A DNA stretch of 57,449 bases from Treponema sp. (GCA_031259215.1 JAIRLU010000125.1:1-57449), one strand, 5' to 3'. Counted from the first letter of the stretch, positions 8,429 through 18,930 are shown. The notes: generated by a model from the sequence alone, not told the origin. Translations and numbers: made by a program.

Positions 8429-9214
8429 CTACAGTTCAAGATATGAATCCGCGTACAGGTTCTGATTCATGATGATATCCGCGGACTTGATCGTTTCCAT
8501 AAGCCGCAGGTCGCAGGGATTCACGATGGCAGAGGTAAAGCCGCATTTAATCGCCATAGCTAACATGACCGAATCCATTATGGGTCGGATATGCTTAGGC
8601 ATCATGTTAGAAACATTGGAAAGGCCTCCAGAGGAATTTAAATCCATATCCCTGAGCTGGCTGATGAAATCAAGGACTTCCACCTGTTTATCCTGCATTC
8701 CCTTAATAACCAGGAACAAGGGGTCAAACCAAATATCCTTGGGATCCATTCCCAAGTTCATACCATGTTCAAGCATCTCCTGACAGTAGGTCATGCGCTC
8801 TTCATTACTTGAAGGGACTCCCTGTTTTGCACAGAGGGCAATGACGATGGCATCATTGGCTGCCGCAAGGTCGATATAGGAGATACGATCCCCTGCATCT
8901 GCGGAATTGACAATCGGCTTACCCTTGGAACGGTTATATACCGAAATCCCCGCTTCAATAGCTTTTTTATTTGCCGTATCCAACGAAAGGGGAATATTGT
9001 CAAATTCACTTTGGATCAGTTGAACCGCCCACTTCATAAGTTCTACCCCGGTCTTCTCTGCCGGCCCGATATTGACATCAATATAGGTGGCCCCCGCCTC
9101 AATCTGTTCCTTCGCCCGTTTCAGGATAGGCGCAGGATCGTGGGCCTCCATAGCAGCACGAATTACCGGCGAAATACAGTGAATTCGCTCACCAATAGTA
9201 ATAAATTTACCCAT
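8429..9214 (-). CDS. acsE: Methyltetrahydrofolate:corrinoid iron-sulfur protein methyltransferase (AcsE).
   Basis: Pterin-binding fold motifs (IGERIHCISP, YIDVNIGP, SLDT, NSA). It is the last gene of the acs operon. The start is placed at MGKFITIG, with GGAGG 8 nt upstream. Confidence 0.85.
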   Translation of the reverse strand: MGKFITIGERIHCISPVIRAAMEAHDPAPILKRAKEQIEAGATYIDVNIGPAEKTGVELMKWAVQLIQSEFDNIPLSLDTANKKAIEAGISVYNRSKGKPIVNSADAGDRISYIDLAAANDAIVIALCAKQGVPSSNEERMTYCQEMLEHGMNLGMDPKDIWFDPLFLVIKGMQDKQVEVLDFISQLRDMDLNSSGGLSNVSNMMPKHIRPIMDSVMLAMAIKCGFTSAIVNPCDLRLMETIKSADIIMNQNLYADSYLEL

Positions 9215-9303
9215 AGCTATAACTCCTCCATAAATATAATATAAAACCCTAGGAGGGGTTTGAAACTCGTACAAAACTCCGATGTTCCAACCCCCTAGAC
9301 TTA

Positions 9304-10638
9304 TTAAGAGACTTTAAGTTCCTTAAGGAATTTGACCGATGCCACCGCTTCATTCGGCCCCACGATGATCTTCCATCCAGGCAGACTCTCTTCCAATTCG
9401 CCTTTAAGCACCGCTACCTTACCGGGAATGATGAGGTTGCGACTCTTGAGCTTACCTTCAATCCCTGCTTCTTTGAAGAACCGGGCGATGGAACTCGCTG
9501 AAAGCTTACCCGCGGCCCAGGAGGTAAGTACAGAATACCCCCCTGCATCGGAAATAAGCAGATTTACCGGTACCCCGGAACGCTCCAACTCCCCGGAAAC
9601 CACAAAATAGGTGAGGGCGAAGTCCACCGTGGTAGCACACACTGCATTTTCGTCCGCGCCGTTTAAAGGATATATTCCCGGTTCAACTTTCATGGGCTTC
9701 TGGGGGTCAGTGAAGATATTCTGCCGCAAGCCATAAAGGGGCAGGGCCTGGGCATAACTCATACCGCTCATAATGATGATGGAACCGTATTTTAAGGTGA
9801 AAAGGGATGCAAGAGCGGCCTGCATAACACTGTCTCCCGGAGCCAACTTCGCGACATTGACGATAGAAGGATACCCAAAGACCCGATCTTGATCCTTGAG
9901 AGCCGCACGACGGATCTGGACTGCGTTGGCAAAGGCCTCTTTCACCGAAGAATACCCCACATCAATGATCAAATTCTTATTTCCCAGTCCTTCAATAGCC
10001 GCGACCGTATCGTAGATCCCGTCCAAACTTGTACCGCTAACCCCTAAGACGACACCAAATTCCGTAGCCAGGGCACTCATCTCCTTATAATTGGATTCAT
10101 TGGCCCCATTGAGAATAGGCTTGCCCGCCTTGGTGAGTTCCAAAGCCTCCCGGGCTACAGCCAGATCGGAAACTTCCAGAATCAGGGTACGTTCTACGGT
10201 GAGGGCTTTCTTAACCGCTTCGAGGAACTGGTCCTTATTCCCGGTGTATTCCACATTGACCAGTTCCACATACATGCGTTCTCCGATACGCACATAATCC
10301 ACGATCTTAAGTTCCGATAGGGATTGGTCTACACAGTCAGAACACAGGGTTACGCCATAAAGACTCTTGGAAACAAAGGTTTTCTCGTGCCTAAAGAGAA
10401 CCGTTTCTCCGCCTAGGGTGTATTCAGCATTACCTACACCAAATTTAACGGTCTTCATGGGCGGTGCAGTGGCTTCACCCAGTTTTGCCAATGCTTCCGG
10501 GGACATGTGGGTACATTTATCTAAGGGAATCGCACCTTGGGCGACCTTCATGGCAAAGGCCATACAGGTCGGGCTACCGCATTCTTTACAATTCGTTTTA
10601 GGGGTGAACTTAAATATATCAAGTCCTTTAAGTGCCAT
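9304..10638 (-). CDS. acsC: Corrinoid iron-sulfur protein, large subunit (AcsC).
   Basis: 444 aa. The N-terminal CKECGSPTCMAFAMKVAQG...DKC is the [4Fe-4S] motif typical of CFeSP gamma. It is adjacent to acsD and acsE. Confidence 0.85.
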   Translation of the reverse strand: MALKGLDIFKFTPKTNCKECGSPTCMAFAMKVAQGAIPLDKCTHMSPEALAKLGEATAPPMKTVKFGVGNAEYTLGGETVLFRHEKTFVSKSLYGVTLCSDCVDQSLSELKIVDYVRIGERMYVELVNVEYTGNKDQFLEAVKKALTVERTLILEVSDLAVAREALELTKAGKPILNGANESNYKEMSALATEFGVVLGVSGTSLDGIYDTVAAIEGLGNKNLIIDVGYSSVKEAFANAVQIRRAALKDQDRVFGYPSIVNVAKLAPGDSVMQAALASLFTLKYGSIIIMSGMSYAQALPLYGLRQNIFTDPQKPMKVEPGIYPLNGADENAVCATTVDFALTYFVVSGELERSGVPVNLLISDAGGYSVLTSWAAGKLSASSIARFFKEAGIEGKLKSRNLIIPGKVAVLKGELEESLPGWKIIVGPNEAVASVKFLKELKVS

Positions 10639-10666
10639 AGATTACTCTCCTTTCTCCATATCCAGT

Positions 10667-11611
10667 TTAGATGATACTGGCCACAAACTTCGAAATGGTA
10701 GCCACCGAAACAGGATGCCTCAAGATAACCGCATTCGAACCTGCGGCAATGTCCGCAGCCGCAGTAACCACTTCCATATCAATACCCCGCTGTTCTTGGG
10801 GTCCCCAACCGGCCGGAGCATCACTCTCGGTTTTCTGAGCTTCCCCAACTGCCCATGCCTGCTCTGAAACCGGCGTGATGATCGGAATCTGTAGCTTGAC
10901 ATCGTTTTGGGCAAGAGCCGCTGCCTTGACCCGATCCAGGGTAGAGGCGATATATTCGTATCCATACCCTGCCGCCGCAGATCCTACGTTCATAGTTACA
11001 TTTCCCAGATCAATACCAAGCTGGGAAATAACCACATTGAGTTGCTTAGCTAGATTGATATCCACCGCAGACTCCGCTCCGATTTTTTGTCCATAGGCCT
11101 GGACCGCTGCAACTGCTATAGCCTTGTGGTTTTCTTCCTTAGCGGAAAGTAAGAGCACGTTCTTCCCCTCCAAGGCCTCTGCGATCTTGGGGAAAAGCTT
11201 GCCATCTTTTTCCACATTCTTACTTCCTTGAATAACCAAGGGCAAAGTAACCTTTTCGGCAACTTCTTTACATAGGGTTACGCAATCTTCAATCGCTTTG
11301 TCCATACCGTTAGGGTCGGCACTTTCCAAGGACAACACCACAAAATCAGCCCCGGGCATCTCACAAGCCCGTTTTGCTACTTCGGGAATACTTTCCGCTC
11401 CCTTATAGAACTCGGCAATACCGGGTATGTCCCTGTTTGGACCCTGATCAGAGACTTCCACTCCCACTTTCGGTGGATTCTTGATAGCCTCATCAAAACT
11501 GTACAAGGGAAGTACTTTTTCACCGCCAAAGGTGACAGTCTTATCACCCGTACCTATCACTACCTCTTTGATGGGTGCCGTGAATTTTTGCGGAACACGT
11601 TTAAATGGCAT
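10667..11611 (-). CDS. acsD: Corrinoid iron-sulfur protein, small subunit (AcsD).
   Basis: 314 aa TIM-barrel-like protein, called from its size and from its position between acsB and acsC. Confidence 0.8.
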   Translation of the reverse strand: MPFKRVPQKFTAPIKEVVIGTGDKTVTFGGEKVLPLYSFDEAIKNPPKVGVEVSDQGPNRDIPGIAEFYKGAESIPEVAKRACEMPGADFVVLSLESADPNGMDKAIEDCVTLCKEVAEKVTLPLVIQGSKNVEKDGKLFPKIAEALEGKNVLLLSAKEENHKAIAVAAVQAYGQKIGAESAVDINLAKQLNVVISQLGIDLGNVTMNVGSAAAGYGYEYIASTLDRVKAAALAQNDVKLQIPIITPVSEQAWAVGEAQKTESDAPAGWGPQEQRGIDMEVVTAAADIAAGSNAVILRHPVSVATISKFVASII

Positions 11612-11807
11612 AACGGTTTCCTCCTTTAATAATTTAGTAAAACAATCAACTTATCCGGTATCGCCTAAGGGCTACCGGTAAAACACCTCTCTACGATACT
11701 TTATTACCTAATAAGGAGCCTTTTCAAAAATCAATGAGAGCAGACCTGTGGTCCATGAAAAAACTATGGAAAAATCACCAAAAACACTGATTTTTCCTTT
11801 ATATCTA

Positions 11808-11947
11808 AGCCAGTTTCAAAACTCGGTTAGTAGGGAAACGTTGTTTCCGATGAAACTGGCTTCCAAAAAAGCGGTCTAAAGCCTGCTTTTTCACTTACAT
11901 TTAAACTTACTGCTTCAAAACTTGGGATTTTGAAACAGCCTCTAAGG
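11808..11947 (+). repeat. Composite three-hairpin repeat, copy E, located inside the acsB-acsD spacer.
   Basis: Hairpin 1: AGCCAGTTTCA (11808..11818) pairs with TGAAACTGGCT (11851..11861), with loop motif AACTCGGTTAGTA and a nested GGAAA/TTTCC hairpin. The central hairpin is AAAAAAGCGG..CCTGCTTTTT. Hairpin 3 spans 11910..11938. A TCTAAG direct repeat occurs at both edges (11804..11809 and 11941..11946). Confidence 0.85.
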
Positions 11948-12096
11948 ACAAAGATAATACTACCTGTAACCTCCCATACTCCTCGGATAATGCTCTGTAG
12001 AGAGATATAACCTAAACTACATCTCTCTACATTACTGCTCTTTACAAACCAGGCTAGAAGTACATTGCCCGCAGGGATTATCCCTTGAAAACAGGC

Positions 12097-14226
12097 TTAC
12101 AACAGGGGCTCAAGGTTCAACACCGGATGCTGTTTTTCACTCAAGAAGGTAACCAGAGTTTCAGCATCCTCAGATACGGTTTCATCGGCGATCATGGAGG
12201 TATAATCCTCGATCCCATAGAGTTCTTTTGCCGTAGTATTGAGTTTGGTACTCACAAACTCCTTGAGCGCCTTAGGCATCCACACGATACGAGCAGGACC
12301 TCCTTCAGCTTTCATGAACTTCTTGGAAGAGATGAACTGCTTACCATGTCCCATGAAACCAGGGGTCTGCACCCCACCACCGGTCATGGAAGCCATCTCC
12401 GAGAAGGTCATCCCCAGAGGGGTCATCCCCGCATGCTCCCGGTTGACAATAACCACCCCATTGGTAGATGGCTCAATACCACAGATACACTCAAAACAAC
12501 CGCAACTGGTCATAGGATCCTGCAATATGGAATAGAGGGTAACCTGCTCCAGGGAGCCATGTGAAGCGCTCTTTACCACTTCATTGACATCTTCCCAGAT
12601 ACCCAGGTTGTCATCTACCACTCGTTGCTTTGTAACGACCTGACAAGGACCGTTCGGATCAAGCTCGTTGGTAGCCTTTGCATCAAGCCAAGATACAGCA
12701 CCACACAATCCCAGCCGTTCAGGGGTAACGATACAAACATGAGACGGAGAGAAGGACTGACAGAGGATACAGTCATAAAAGACCTCCACACTCTCGTCCG
12801 TCAATGACTTGAGCCGAGCATCCCGCACCTCATAGACCTTATTTACATCCGCCCGCAATCGTTTGAGATCTTCCGGTTTCGTGTAGATTTTAACCTGACA
12901 CTTATCCACCACTGCCTCGTAGTCACTCTTTACCTTAGCATAGAGCACTTCCCCAATATGTTTTGCCCTGAACCCAGCTTCAAAAGCAACCTTACTCACC
13001 CGGATACGGATAAGATCCCGTTGACCGGTGTGCATAACCCCTTCAATACAGTTGAGGAAGTTATGGAACTTCCGCTCAAACACCGGTTCAAAGTCGCTCT
13101 GCATATTTTTACCTGCTACTTCGACTATGTAGGCCAAAGCAAAACGACTACCTGCCGGGACACTGTCGATATCCGGACCGATAAGCTCAATGGAGTGATC
13201 CTCCACTTCATTAGGCTCCAACGTACGGACCCACTCGAAACAATCCAGCCGGGAACCGTCAATATCCACCTGCATATCGTTTCTACGGATGATCTCTCCC
13301 TCAAAGGCAGTAGAAAAAGCCACCGGAATATCGATCTTCGTAATCTTGAGCTTAATATCCCGGGCTTCCAAAGAGGTCTCAATAAAGTCCTTGGTGTCTT
13401 GCTGAATGATGAGGCTCTTGGGAACCGGCCACATATCCTTGGTATCGTTAGTAATGACCGGGAAGCCCATAGCAATGGCACCACCACCGCACCCAACCAC
13501 GATATCCGGTACCGGTGCAAAGGCATTCACAAAGGCCCGGATACGATGGAAGGTATAATGGTCGAACCCTTCCTGATCACCCGGTTGAACCGCACCAAAA
13601 ATCATAGCTGCCCGGTTTACCAGAGATATGATGTGAGCTACCGCCCAGATATCCGGTCCCACCGGGACAACCCGAACCGGGAACCCCATGTTCAGCTTCA
13701 TGCGCTTGGCCTGGTCAATGACACCGCCGATAAGAAAGACGAATATAGCCCGGGACTGATACCCTTTGATGAGTTCCGCCGCCTCTTCGTCCGAAGGAGC
13801 GGGGCCGATGATCACCACAAATCCAGGAATGTCGCCGGTAACCAAAGGAACCCCTAATTCACGGACCTCTGCATCGGACATGTGTCCCCAGTACTCATCT
13901 CCATAGGGCTTATCGCTGCGGGCGTATTTACACGCCTCAATGACTTCCGCAGCGAGGACGGTTCCAAACCCAGATTTGAAGACATCCCCCAAGCGCTGTT
14001 CATGAGGCATCCAGGCCTTTACTTCAGGAAAACAGGCCTTGAGTTCCCCCAGGGTAGTTACCTTCTTGGAAAGGTAGGTTAAATGGTTGGCGAGAAAATA
14101 CGCGGTGTTCGGCATGGTAATAGGGGCTGCCTCACCGAGCTCCTTCACGGTCTCGTTCAACGTCTTCTCAGCGATGGCATACATCTCGTCAACACCATCA
14201 AAAACTCTATTAAAAAGCAATTTCAT
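12097..14226 (-). CDS. acsB: CO-methylating acetyl-CoA synthase (ACS catalytic subunit, AcsB).
   Basis: 709 aa. A-cluster motifs are CILCQSFSPSHVCIVTPERLGLCGAVSWLDAKA and TSCGCFECI. Confidence 0.9.
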   Translation of the reverse strand: MKLLFNRVFDGVDEMYAIAEKTLNETVKELGEAAPITMPNTAYFLANHLTYLSKKVTTLGELKACFPEVKAWMPHEQRLGDVFKSGFGTVLAAEVIEACKYARSDKPYGDEYWGHMSDAEVRELGVPLVTGDIPGFVVIIGPAPSDEEAAELIKGYQSRAIFVFLIGGVIDQAKRMKLNMGFPVRVVPVGPDIWAVAHIISLVNRAAMIFGAVQPGDQEGFDHYTFHRIRAFVNAFAPVPDIVVGCGGGAIAMGFPVITNDTKDMWPVPKSLIIQQDTKDFIETSLEARDIKLKITKIDIPVAFSTAFEGEIIRRNDMQVDIDGSRLDCFEWVRTLEPNEVEDHSIELIGPDIDSVPAGSRFALAYIVEVAGKNMQSDFEPVFERKFHNFLNCIEGVMHTGQRDLIRIRVSKVAFEAGFRAKHIGEVLYAKVKSDYEAVVDKCQVKIYTKPEDLKRLRADVNKVYEVRDARLKSLTDESVEVFYDCILCQSFSPSHVCIVTPERLGLCGAVSWLDAKATNELDPNGPCQVVTKQRVVDDNLGIWEDVNEVVKSASHGSLEQVTLYSILQDPMTSCGCFECICGIEPSTNGVVIVNREHAGMTPLGMTFSEMASMTGGGVQTPGFMGHGKQFISSKKFMKAEGGPARIVWMPKALKEFVSTKLNTTAKELYGIEDYTSMIADETVSEDAETLVTFLSEKQHPVLNLEPLL

Positions 14227-14246
14227 TGAAAACTCTCCTATAGTAA

Positions 14247-15020
14247 TTATGTGGAAAAATCGATACGCTCTTTGATCCTCCGGATCTCCTGTCGGGCACC
14301 TTCACTGGTGTCGAAGGGCGAAACGCCTTTTCTATCGGCGCTGATCACATCATCGCTATAGCTGATAAAGCCAAAAAGATCCTCCGGGGGTATACTATTC
14401 TTGAGGAATTCCTCATCCTCTCTCCCGCGAACTTTGTTCGCGACTACGCTTACCTTTTTCACACCCAGATCCGCTGCAAGAGCTTTTACCTTGTGATAGG
14501 TCTGTATGCTTCTCGCTCCCGGTTCAATAACCGTAATGAAGCGATCCACCATACTAGCGGTACCCCGTCCAAGGTGCTCGAGCCCTGCCTCCATGTCCAT
14601 AATGACCACATCATCCCGCTGTACCACGAGATGAGAAATCACTCGCTTGAGTACCACATGCTCAGGGCACACGCAACCGCCGCCGCCGGTTTCCACGGTA
14701 CCCATAATAAGCAGTTTTACACCGTTCTTTTCTTTAGAAAACCGATCCGGTATATCACTGACATGGGGATTTATTTTAAAAAACTTACCAAAAGTATCAT
14801 TGGTAGACCCGGTTCGCTCAGCGATGAGTTCACTCATCTTAGAAACTGGGGTGATCTCCTCCACTTCTCCTTCGCTGAAGCCCAGGGCTAAACCGAGATT
14901 CGCGTCCGGGTCTACATCAACCGCAAGCACCGTCCGACCTTCCGTCGCATAGAGACGGGCAAGCACTGCGGCAAGGGTTGTTTTTCCTACCCCACCTTTT
15001 CCGGTGATTGCGATTTTCAT
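14247..15020 (-). CDS. cooC: CODH/ACS nickel-insertion ATPase (CooC/AcsF family).
   Basis: The deviant Walker A GKGGVGKTT, the CxC motif GGGCVCPEH, and the position between cooS and acsB. Confidence 0.85.
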   Translation of the reverse strand: MKIAITGKGGVGKTTLAAVLARLYATEGRTVLAVDVDPDANLGLALGFSEGEVEEITPVSKMSELIAERTGSTNDTFGKFFKINPHVSDIPDRFSKEKNGVKLLIMGTVETGGGGCVCPEHVVLKRVISHLVVQRDDVVIMDMEAGLEHLGRGTASMVDRFITVIEPGARSIQTYHKVKALAADLGVKKVSVVANKVRGREDEEFLKNSIPPEDLFGFISYSDDVISADRKGVSPFDTSEGARQEIRRIKERIDFST

Positions 15021-15022
15021 AC

Positions 15023-16918
15023 TTAGATACCCAACCCCGCACGCTTTGCCTCAAGGCCCTCAAGAATGCTTTTCACCAGTTCATGAGGATCCTTGTTGAT
15101 GATATATCCTGCACCGACGATGTTACGGGTTCCCTGGGTGATGAGTTCCATCATTTGGCTACTTCCTTTAACCTGAGGTTCGATACCCAAGTACACATCA
15201 ATTCCTGTAGACACCACGTAATTAGCTATGGAGACCGCTTTCTCACTCATCCATTCAGGAGCACATCCCACCACCGGTATCTCAGTGGTCTTCACGCCCC
15301 AGTCTTTGGCAATCCCCGTGGCAAGGAGCATCATCCGGCTTATGTCCACGCACGCACCCATGTGCAGAATCGGCGGTATATCAACCAATTCGCATACCCG
15401 CCGCAAGCCCGCTCCACACACATACTTGGCATCTTTATTAAGGAGTCCCGCTTTAGTAGCCAGCTGCGCCGCACAACCGGTAGCAACGATCAACACATCG
15501 TTCTGCAACAACTCCTTCATAATTTCAAAATGAGAGTAGTCCGGCCGTACCCGAGGGTTGTTACAACCCACGATGGCTACTGCACCCCGCAAAACCCCCG
15601 CCTTGATTGCATCAATGGCCGGCCTATACGACCCGATCTCGTCCACATGGCTATTAGTTACCCCGTCAAGGTGCTTGATGATCTGCTCGTTAGGGTAGCC
15701 CACCACCGCGGTCTGCTTGGTACCGGGGATAAAGACCTTTGACGTATCCCGGTTGGGATAATTATCAATCGCCATTTTGATGAGGTCCTTGGCCTGATCA
15801 AAGGCGGTTTCCGGTTTAAATTCCACATAAATAGAACCGGGAATCCGGGCAATCGGAGAACTGGTAACAAATTTGGTGTGGAAACACTCGCTTAAAGGAG
15901 CCAGGGCAGGGAATATACACTGCACATCCACGCACATCATCTCCACCGCACCGGTTAAGACCGCGTTTTCCTGTTGGAGGAAGTTTCCTGCCATACGGAC
16001 CCCGTGACGCATGGCCACTTCATTAGCGGTACAACAAAGACCAACGATGTTGATACCCTTGGCGCCTTTTGTTTTCGCATAATCCACCAGTTCTTTTATC
16101 TCTGCAGCGGTTACCACCATTTCAGAGAAAGCCGGATCATGACCATGCACCACAATGTTGACCATCTCTTTTTCAAGAACCCCTAAATTTCCTTCAGTAG
16201 TCCGTACCGTAGGAGTTCCAAAGAGGATATCCGTTATTTCCGTACCCAGCATCGAACCGCCCCAGCCATTGGAAAGACTGGTCCGTAACCCCTGTCTCAC
16301 TAAGGCTTCAGGGTCCGCACTGTTTCCCATGTGGGTCATGTGCAAAGTAGTGGCAATTTCCCGGTCAATAGCTCGAGGCTCAATGCCCTGTTCCCGCCAT
16401 ACCTGCTGCCGTTCTTCAGTAGCCCGCTTAATAAACCGCTGCGTCCCCGAAGGCTTGCCGAATTCCATAAGACCGATTTCAGCGACTTCATGGGCAATGT
16501 CATAAATATCCTTGCCCTCTGTTTCTACCCCATACTCCCGTGCTAACCGTATAAGCTTCTGGTCATCCCGCACCTGGTAATTCCCGCCTGCCTTTGTACC
16601 GTGCAGTATATGCAGAATCTCCCGGGCATGATCCGAGTGGGCTGACGTACCCGCCGCAATAGTACGGGCATAATTCCGTGCCGCAATTGCATGAGCGTCT
16701 GCCCCGCAAATCCCCCGAGAAGCCTTGGGAGTAATACGGCATGGACCCATCGAACAATTTTTGCAACAGATCCCATCTTCGCCAAATTTACAGTGGGGTG
16801 TCTGCTTTTTGTTACGATCCTCCCATGTTTCTGCGCAAACGGAACAGGCTATTTCCTTGAGTTTAGCGGTATCTGCCTCCATTTGCTCAATAGAGGTTAA
16901 ATCTTCCAGCGTTTTCAA
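15023..16918 (-). CDS. cooS: Anaerobic carbon-monoxide dehydrogenase catalytic subunit (CooS/AcsA).
   Basis: 631 aa. N-terminal Cys clusters are CKFGEDGICCKNCSMGPCRI. The TTG start has AGGAGAGGAGAA 8 nt upstream. Confidence 0.9.
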   Translation of the reverse strand: MKTLEDLTSIEQMEADTAKLKEIACSVCAETWEDRNKKQTPHCKFGEDGICCKNCSMGPCRITPKASRGICGADAHAIAARNYARTIAAGTSAHSDHAREILHILHGTKAGGNYQVRDDQKLIRLAREYGVETEGKDIYDIAHEVAEIGLMEFGKPSGTQRFIKRATEERQQVWREQGIEPRAIDREIATTLHMTHMGNSADPEALVRQGLRTSLSNGWGGSMLGTEITDILFGTPTVRTTEGNLGVLEKEMVNIVVHGHDPAFSEMVVTAAEIKELVDYAKTKGAKGINIVGLCCTANEVAMRHGVRMAGNFLQQENAVLTGAVEMMCVDVQCIFPALAPLSECFHTKFVTSSPIARIPGSIYVEFKPETAFDQAKDLIKMAIDNYPNRDTSKVFIPGTKQTAVVGYPNEQIIKHLDGVTNSHVDEIGSYRPAIDAIKAGVLRGAVAIVGCNNPRVRPDYSHFEIMKELLQNDVLIVATGCAAQLATKAGLLNKDAKYVCGAGLRRVCELVDIPPILHMGACVDISRMMLLATGIAKDWGVKTTEIPVVGCAPEWMSEKAVSIANYVVSTGIDVYLGIEPQVKGSSQMMELITQGTRNIVGAGYIINKDPHELVKSILEGLEAKRAGLGI

Positions 16919-17395
16919 AATTATGGTTCTCCTCTCCTATGTGTGCCTTCAGGCACCACGTCAATTTAAACGGCTAAAGAGTCAACGACCCATTCTCCGT
17001 AAACCTTTACGGCTTCAACCGTATTGTTAGTCCGCACGCCGGCGCTTACCTATTTTATACACCTCCCGCTAGATCTAGCACTCTTCAACAGGTCGTATAT
17101 GTTTTTATGTCTGCCCTCTCGTTAGGAGGAAACCCATCAAAAACAACATCCCACCCGCTGTCTTTTGTTATATTTTTGATATCACGCCGCCGCCCTATAA
17201 GGAGAGGCCGGAATCAGATCGCTTATCCATCCCGGCTTCATCCTCCCTCAGTCATTGTACATCAATGTCAACATATAAAATTATACTACTTTACCTTGTT
17301 TAAAACCACAAGGATCGGGGTTAAGCTTGTGTCATCCCCTTACTCCATCCTATATACCCCAATCTTCATACATTGACATTCCTACTACAAACGTA

Positions 17396-18250
17396 TCAAC
17401 TGCTCTCCTGAGCCGCTCGGATCACATGATTTATCAGCATACAATTCGTTACCGAGCCAACACCGCCTGGTACCGGGCTAATAGCCTCCACCAAAGGCTC
17501 TACCTCAGCGAACTTCACATCACCACAGGTCCCCTTACTACCATCGGGTTTCGGATTGACCCCTACATCCACCACCACCTGACCGGCCCGGAAGGATTCT
17601 TTTCCCACACTCTCAGCCCGTCCCATGGCAACCACTACGATATCCGCCTCCCGGATCACCGAAGCCATATCCTTGGTTTTTGAATGACAGATCGTTACGG
17701 TTCCGTTCTTTTTCAAGAGCAAGAGGGATACGGGTTTACCGATTACCGTACTCCGGCCAACCACCACTACCCGTTTTCCGGCAGGATCGATCTGGTAATG
17801 CTCAAGGAGCTTGATAACCGATTCTGCGGTACATGGGGCATACCCCTGATTCGTATCGGAATATATGCCTGCCATGGAACCATCGGTAATACCATCCATA
17901 TCCTTCTTCGGCAACAAAGCCGCCCGAGCCGCATTGTCATCAATATGCTTGGGTAAAGGACGAAAAAGCAACACCCCATGTACAGTCGGGTCTTCATTCG
18001 CATCCCGGATGACATCCAACAATGCCTGTTGGGTGGTATCTTCAGGCAGCCGGTAGTTCTTTACGACCGCCCCAACCTCCTCACAGCGCTTGGTTGCCCC
18101 TTTTTCATAAGAAATATCAGGGCCTTTTTCACCAACCCGGATAATGCCCAAGGTAGGCGTGATCCCTTTAGCCTTCAACCCCTCCACATCCCGTTTCATG
18201 GACACGGTCAAGGCCTCGGCTACTTCCTTTCCACTCAACAACTTTGCCAT
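17396..18250 (-). CDS. folD: Bifunctional methylene-THF dehydrogenase / methenyl-THF cyclohydrolase.
   Basis: 284 aa with motifs PTLGIIRVGE..SYEKG, GVLLFRPLP and VVVVGRSTVIGKPVSLLL. Confidence 0.9.
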   Translation of the reverse strand: MAKLLSGKEVAEALTVSMKRDVEGLKAKGITPTLGIIRVGEKGPDISYEKGATKRCEEVGAVVKNYRLPEDTTQQALLDVIRDANEDPTVHGVLLFRPLPKHIDDNAARAALLPKKDMDGITDGSMAGIYSDTNQGYAPCTAESVIKLLEHYQIDPAGKRVVVVGRSTVIGKPVSLLLLKKNGTVTICHSKTKDMASVIREADIVVVAMGRAESVGKESFRAGQVVVDVGVNPKPDGSKGTCGDVKFAEVEPLVEAISPVPGGVGSVTNCMLINHVIRAAQESS

Positions 18251-18294
18251 TATTGTTTCCCCTCAATTAAGCTCCTTGTACCCCTTGACCCCAT

Positions 18295-18930
18295 TTAGCT
18301 GGGTTTTAATTGGTCTTTAACACCGGTAAAGATCCTATCCGCCAAGGGCTCATACTCAGCAAGTAACGCATCGGTTTCCCGGTTAATCTGCTCCGCATAG
18401 ACCCGGTCTTTCATGGCCTTGGTATTGATGTACACATTGAGACTTGCCCCCGCCAAGGCCGCCTTACAGAACAACACCCCTACTCCGGCGTCACTAACCG
18501 CAAGGCGGCTGCCTTTAGCGGCATATTCTTCCTGCAAGCGAATCGCTTCGGCACATTTCTTCATGATTTCCAAGGGTACACCGCAAGCCGACTTTAGCGC
18601 AGCCTCCATAACCCGATCCTTTTCCCCCTTCTCCGCATCAGTGTTTTGAGGAAGTCCATAGGCCCGAGAAAGAGGTTCAAATTCCTCTGCGTCTTTTTGC
18701 ACCAACTCAAGCAGCTCCCGCTGCAAACGGTCCGCCTCTTGTTGCAGGCGCACCATATCCGCTTCCACATCGGCGTATTTCTTCTTACCGATGGTAAGGG
18801 AACCCACCATGTTTCCCAGGGCGGTTCCAACCGCGCCCACCAGAGCCGAAGCACCGCCGCCGCCCGGCACCGGCGCCTTACTACCCAGGACAGAAACAAA
18901 TTCCGCACAGCTCTTATCGGTTAAACTCAT
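18295..18930 (-). CDS. fchA: Cyclodeaminase/cyclohydrolase-family protein (FchA-like methenyl-THF cyclohydrolase).
   Basis: FTCD_C-type motif FVSVLGSKAPVPGGGGASALVGAVGTALGNMVGSLTIGKKKY. The start is placed at ATG 18930, with GAGGGGG 8 nt upstream. Confidence 0.75.
   Translation of the reverse strand: MSLTDKSCAEFVSVLGSKAPVPGGGGASALVGAVGTALGNMVGSLTIGKKKYADVEADMVRLQQEADRLQRELLELVQKDAEEFEPLSRAYGLPQNTDAEKGEKDRVMEAALKSACGVPLEIMKKCAEAIRLQEEYAAKGSRLAVSDAGVGVLFCKAALAGASLNVYINTKAMKDRVYAEQINRETDALLAEYEPLADRIFTGVKDQLKPS

Noticed and set aside
12958-13857. 299-aa plus-strand ORF inside acsB. Similar ORFs lie at 15008..15742 (in cooS), 22355..23062 (in metF copy 2) and 21157..21720 (in metF copy 1).
   Set aside because: All are antisense shadows of genes with clear catalytic motifs. 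None has an RBS or a family signature.
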